From Narcine bancroftii (taxonomy: Eukaryota), in contig NC_091469.1 of NCBI RefSeq assembly GCF_036971445.1, forward strand, positions 5,828,001 through 5,892,000: 64,000 bases of DNA, written 5' to 3'. The translations under genes were made by a program, and so were the position numbers. Position 1 is the stretch's first letter, and each line of letters starts with the position of its first letter. Below are positions 59,878 through 64,000 of the stretch, piece by piece. The notes below the pieces were generated by a model. It made no database searches, was not told where the DNA came from, and was given only the letters and a program-made list of their open reading frames with translations.

Positions 59878-62300
59878 GAGGAGTCACGCGATGGAGTAGT
59901 GGCCGGACGGTGAACTCCAGCCCTCTCCAGAAAAGTCGGGAAAAACAAGAGAAAACACAAAGGCACAGAAATAAAAGTTACAGAAAAGTGAGTATAAAGG
60001 TGGAAAGAAGATGGCGACAAAAAAAGAAAAGTCGAAAGCAACGGTAAGAAGAGAGGAAGAGAAGACAAAGGAGGAAAAAGGTGAAGGCCTTACCTGTCCG
60101 AAGAGGCCCGCTGCGGAGAGAGAAACCCGCTCCCTCAGGTCGGTAAATAATGGACTACAAAAATGGCTCGCAGAGCCGAGTAAAAGTGCGCAACCGCGCA
60201 TGCGCGAAGTTTCGCGCATGCGCGATGCGAATGAAAAAAAACACACCGACGGGAGGGGGGACCAGCTGGGGAGTCGATCTCCACAGCCGGCAACGACAGC
60301 TGCAGAACACCTGCAGCAAGAAGAGACCACAGAAGACAATAGAAACAAGAAAGAAGAGGAGGAAAGGGCAACAAAGAAACAACAGATGGCCAACCCAGAG
60401 GAAGAAGAAGAGGAAGAGTATGGTGAAATAGAAGAAGAAAAGAAAGGCAAGGTAAAGGATATACTTGCTCTTATTAGAGGATACATGGAATCATTTAAAG
60501 AATGGCAAACACAGGAATTTAAGGATTTAAGAAAAAGAATAAACAACACAGAGGAGAAAATAATTAAAATGGAGATGACCTTAACAGAAATGGGAAAGAA
60601 AATGGACAAGATGGAAGAGCGGGCAGTAGCAGCAGAAATGGAGGTAGAAGACTTAAAAAAGAAATTGGAGAAATCTAATAAAAAAACTAAAGAGACACAA
60701 GAACTACTAGCTCAAAAAATAGATACAATGGAAAACCATAACAGAAGAAATAACATAAAGATAGTGGGCCTTAAGGAAGATGAAGAAGGCAAGAATATGA
60801 GGGAGTTTATAAAAGAGTGGATCCCTAAGACCCTAGGATGTCCAGAACTACAGCAAGAATTGGAAATAGAAAGGGCACATAGAGTATTGGCCTCTAAACC
60901 ACAACCACAACAAAAACCAAGATCTATTGTAGTAAAATTCCTAAGATATACTACAAGAGAAAAGGTACTGGAGAAGACAATGGAAAAAGTAAGAGAGGGC
61001 AACAAACCACTGGAGTATAAAGGGCAAAAAATCTTCATTTATCCAGATATAAGTTTTGAACTCCTAAAGAAGAGAAAAGAGTTCAATACAGCAAAGGCGA
61101 TTTTATGGAAGAAAGGGTATAAATTTATACTAAAGCATCCAGCGGTATTGAAAATATTTATTCCAGGACAACAAAACAGACTATTCTCGGATCCAGAAGA
61201 AGCACGAAAATTTGCAGAACAATTACAAAAATAGACTGAGGGAGGAAGACGGGTAATGAGAGTTAAGATGATCACAATTGATATGTATGTGGGTAAAGAC
61301 AAAAATAGACTGAGGGATGAAGACGGGTAATGAGAGTAAAAATGATCACGATTGATATGTATGCGGGTAAAGAGGTATAAGAGTGAATAGAGACAAGGAG
61401 CATACGTGAATGTATCTGTACTTAGAGGAAAATATAGATAGTATAGACAAAAATTAATAAGGGAAGGTAATGGAATAGAGAGAATAAGGAGGGAATTAAA
61501 AGAGTGACCTTTGTGACATATGAAAAGTGAAATCTTTTCTGGGGGAGGCGGGGTGGGGGGAAATAGCGGTCACTGCAAAATCAGTTGACGCTTGCGAGTG
61601 GATTCGCAAATCCAAATGGAGAGGGGAGATGTGGTTGTCCGACAAGGGATAAAGGACAACTCAGGAGGTGAATGGGAGATTGGGAATAAATAAGATAGAA
61701 ATAGGAGAATAAGGAAAATGTTGGATGTTGTAGGAATGTTGTCTTATAAAGAGTTGAAAATAAGAAAACAGAAATGGAAAAGGAGGAAAGGTAATGATGG
61801 AAAAACGGAAAGAGAAGATAAACAAAATATAAAAGGGCTACGCTGAACTATATGTCTTTAAATATTAATGGAATACATAACCAAATTAAAAGGAAGAAAC
61901 TACCAAATTTAAATGAATAAATGTATTCCATTAGAAAAAATAACATATTGGTTAAGAAATAATATTGAAATATTCGAACAAGTATAGGAGCCTTACATTA
62001 AATACAATAGCGAAAACCTACCGGGGACAAACATTACCTAAGTTGATGGAAGGAGAAGGAAAGAAAAGAATGGACTCAGTAGAATTTCTGGTGTAATTTT
62101 GTTGAATGACAACATTGTCTGACTGGATTAATGCAACCTAGATTGTATACCTAAAATGGATGAGAGGGGGGGTGGGGGGGTGGTTTGGGAGGAAAGGGGC
62201 GGGGGAGAAAAAGTCACTGTATATGTGTGAAAAAGAAATTGTGTATATCATGGCTAATGTGATTTATGGTGTGAAAAATTAAAAAAAAAAAAAAAAAAAA
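59878..62300 (+). mobile_element. Full-length ORF1-only L1 derivative (HAL1-like)
   Basis: Perfect TSD AAGTATCTAC (59868-59877 and 62301-62310), poly(A) tail, intact ORF1, ORF2 reduced to its two ends. Confidence 0.9.
60011..61234 (+). CDS. L1 ORF1p (coiled coil, RRM, CTD); the true start may be a downstream Met such as 60386
   Basis: MENHNRRNNIKIVGLKE, IERAHRV, PRSIVVKF, IFIYPDIS and HPAVLKI are L1 ORF1p/Transposase_22 motifs; the frame is uninterrupted. Confidence 0.92.
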   Translation: MATKKEKSKATVRREEEKTKEEKGEGLTCPKRPAAERETRSLRSVNNGLQKWLAEPSKSAQPRMREVSRMRDANEKKHTDGRGDQLGSRSPQPATTAAEHLQQEETTEDNRNKKEEEERATKKQQMANPEEEEEEEYGEIEEEKKGKVKDILALIRGYMESFKEWQTQEFKDLRKRINNTEEKIIKMEMTLTEMGKKMDKMEERAVAAEMEVEDLKKKLEKSNKKTKETQELLAQKIDTMENHNRRNNIKIVGLKEDEEGKNMREFIKEWIPKTLGCPELQQELEIERAHRVLASKPQPQQKPRSIVVKFLRYTTREKVLEKTMEKVREGNKPLEYKGQKIFIYPDISFELLKKRKEFNTAKAILWKKGYKFILKHPAVLKIFIPGQQNRLFSDPEEARKFAEQLQK

Positions 62301-64000
62301 AAGTATCTACAAGCAAAATTTACAGAACTGCCCCCCCCCCCTCAAATGACAGATATACTATACAATGTTGTTGAATACTGTAGAATGTGAATGAGATGCA
62401 AGGAATATGCGATAATTGGAAGGATACATATTCTTGCACAGTCTGTAAGTCTCTGAAGCTTTCAGTAGAGCCTGTGTCGATTAGGCATTTAGTGGATCTT
62501 CACAGTCACTATGGAGTTGCTGAGCTGGTGAGGTCTGTCCTGATCTAGAACTATCGAGGCTAGGACCCCAGAGACTCCATTCTCTTTGCTTGAGTGGCCC
62601 CCACTGTCCAGGGTTGCCCTTCATGGATAAGATGGCGTCGACCTCATGGCGTAGCAAGATGGCCACCCTCCTTCCTCCTCTGATGATGATGCCGCAGAGT
62701 TTGAATTTGGGTTTCAGCAAGATGGCTGCCGAGCCTTTTCACACCATTTCCTCACAACCACCCTCCGTCGGCGTGTAGTACAGCAAGTGGGTTCGGGTGA
62801 ACTTGGGGCAGATGGCTTCGGGCTGGAATTGGATCTGGGAGCAGTCCAGGCCACAAACTTCCCCGGGCTTCCCCTTGCGTGGCAAACCCTCGCCCAATGC
62901 TCTTTCTTGCCACAGCTGGAACTCACTGAGTCTTTTGCCAGGCAACAAGTTCAGGGATGCAGGCTCTTGCCATAGAAAAAGCACTCCCTGGCATGGGAAG
63001 CGGCAGCCATTAGGGCTGGGGTAGCGGAAGCATCTGGTCCTTGGAAGGGCTCTCCTGGGTAAGCGAGCTCGCTGGCTTATAGGTGGTTGTTTTCGAGCTT
63101 GGCCTGTTCCCACAATTTGACCAGTTCAACGTGGCTTGGGAGGTTCTTCTTTCCCAACTCATGCAGCCGCTGCCTCATGTATCTCAAGCGGACCCCCTGC
63201 GACAAGAATGTCCCAGATCTGTTCTTCCTCATGAACACAGCCCTTAGCCGCTTCTTCCCTGCACTTCTTGGCAAGCGTCCACAGATCCAGCAGGTAGTCA
63301 TCAATGGTTTCTCCTGGCCATTGGCAACTTAGTCAGTGCCTCGCTAGGACCTCATTTTGCGACTTCAGGTACCTAGCCTTCAGTGCCTCGATGGCAGTAT
63401 CATATGTAGTGCAGTCCCTGATGACTGCATAGCTTTTCATTCCTACACTCGAAACGAATGCGGACCTCCTGAGTTAATCGGTGTGGAAGGCGTCTCTGGT
63501 CGTGTTCAGGTAGGTCTGGAAGCAGTCTAGCCAGTATGTGAACTCCACAGCCATATCGAGGGACAGAAGGTCTATCAGCGGCGTACCTGGCTTGAGTAGA
63601 GCTTCCATCATCTAGGGGATAATCTAATAAAATTGTAGTGTGAATAAAAGCTCTCACGACAGGAGTGAGAACAAATGCTTTTATTAGCTTATAACTATGG
63701 GTAGGTTTCACAGTGGTCTTCAGAAGGGTTCTGGGTTCAGGCGGGAAACTAGAGTTTTATGTGAGCAGATGGGGGTGGAGCTGGGAGGCAGAGCCAACCA
63801 TCAGCACAACACCCTACCAGTGAATCCCAGTTCACCACAGAACCTCCCTCTCCCCCATCCCATCAAATTCTCCTGGGGTTGGACATAAGGTGAACCTTCC
63901 TCCGATCTGACCCGCCACGCAGTCCTGGGGTGTGACACAGAGTAAACTAATCGGAAAATGTCTTGATATTTTCCTGTGCAGAAAGAACCTCGTTCCCTCT

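Larger units (their letters stand above)
57045..63839 (-). mobile_element. Ty3/Gypsy LTR retrotransposon, decayed, interrupted by an L1 derivative
   Basis: 5' LTR 63634-63839 (TG...CA); 3' LTR 57045-57226 (cut by the gap); PPT AGGAAGGGGTGAA; gag knuckle CGKKEHWARVC; RT RLVIDYSQTI, LKAAYHQ, YLNNV; RRFLGFFTYYAQWIP; integrase remnants. Confidence 0.92.

Noticed and set aside
60011-61234. Domesticated L1TD1-like host gene
   Set aside because: It has a TSD and a poly(A) tail and sits inside a Gypsy element, so it is a recent insertion.

Overview
This is eukaryotic vertebrate genomic DNA. The repeat content (CR1, Rex1/Babar, RTE, Penelope, V-SINE-like, hAT MITEs) is consistent with a cartilaginous fish, which is inference. 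Three spliced genes can be built by hand: the last two exons of NDUFV1 (+), a complete 4-exon MRPL18 (+), and a convergent RNF20/BRE1A (-) with 19 coding exons (~945-960 aa). RNF20 carries two 1-nt homopolymer frameshifts and one garbled acceptor duplication, probably assembly errors. A further promoter and first exon of an unknown + strand gene may lie at ~56.3-56.5 kb. The rest is mostly LINE debris, two decayed Gypsy proviruses, solo LTRs, hAT elements, G/C-rich minisatellites and two N gaps. The best leads are: (1) a young, full-length, ORF1-only (HAL1-like) L1 derivative with a perfect TSD; (2) a Gypsy element whose PBS position is complementary to its own LTR rather than to a tRNA; (3) mirror-image ~80-bp repeat arrays abutting two divergent promoters; (4) a recurrent purine-after-donor / pyrimidine-before-acceptor intron architecture. 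I found no CRISPR array, rRNA or tRNA gene. Most ORFs in the supplied track are low-complexity artefacts. Comparisons with human proteins are from recall, not from a database search.
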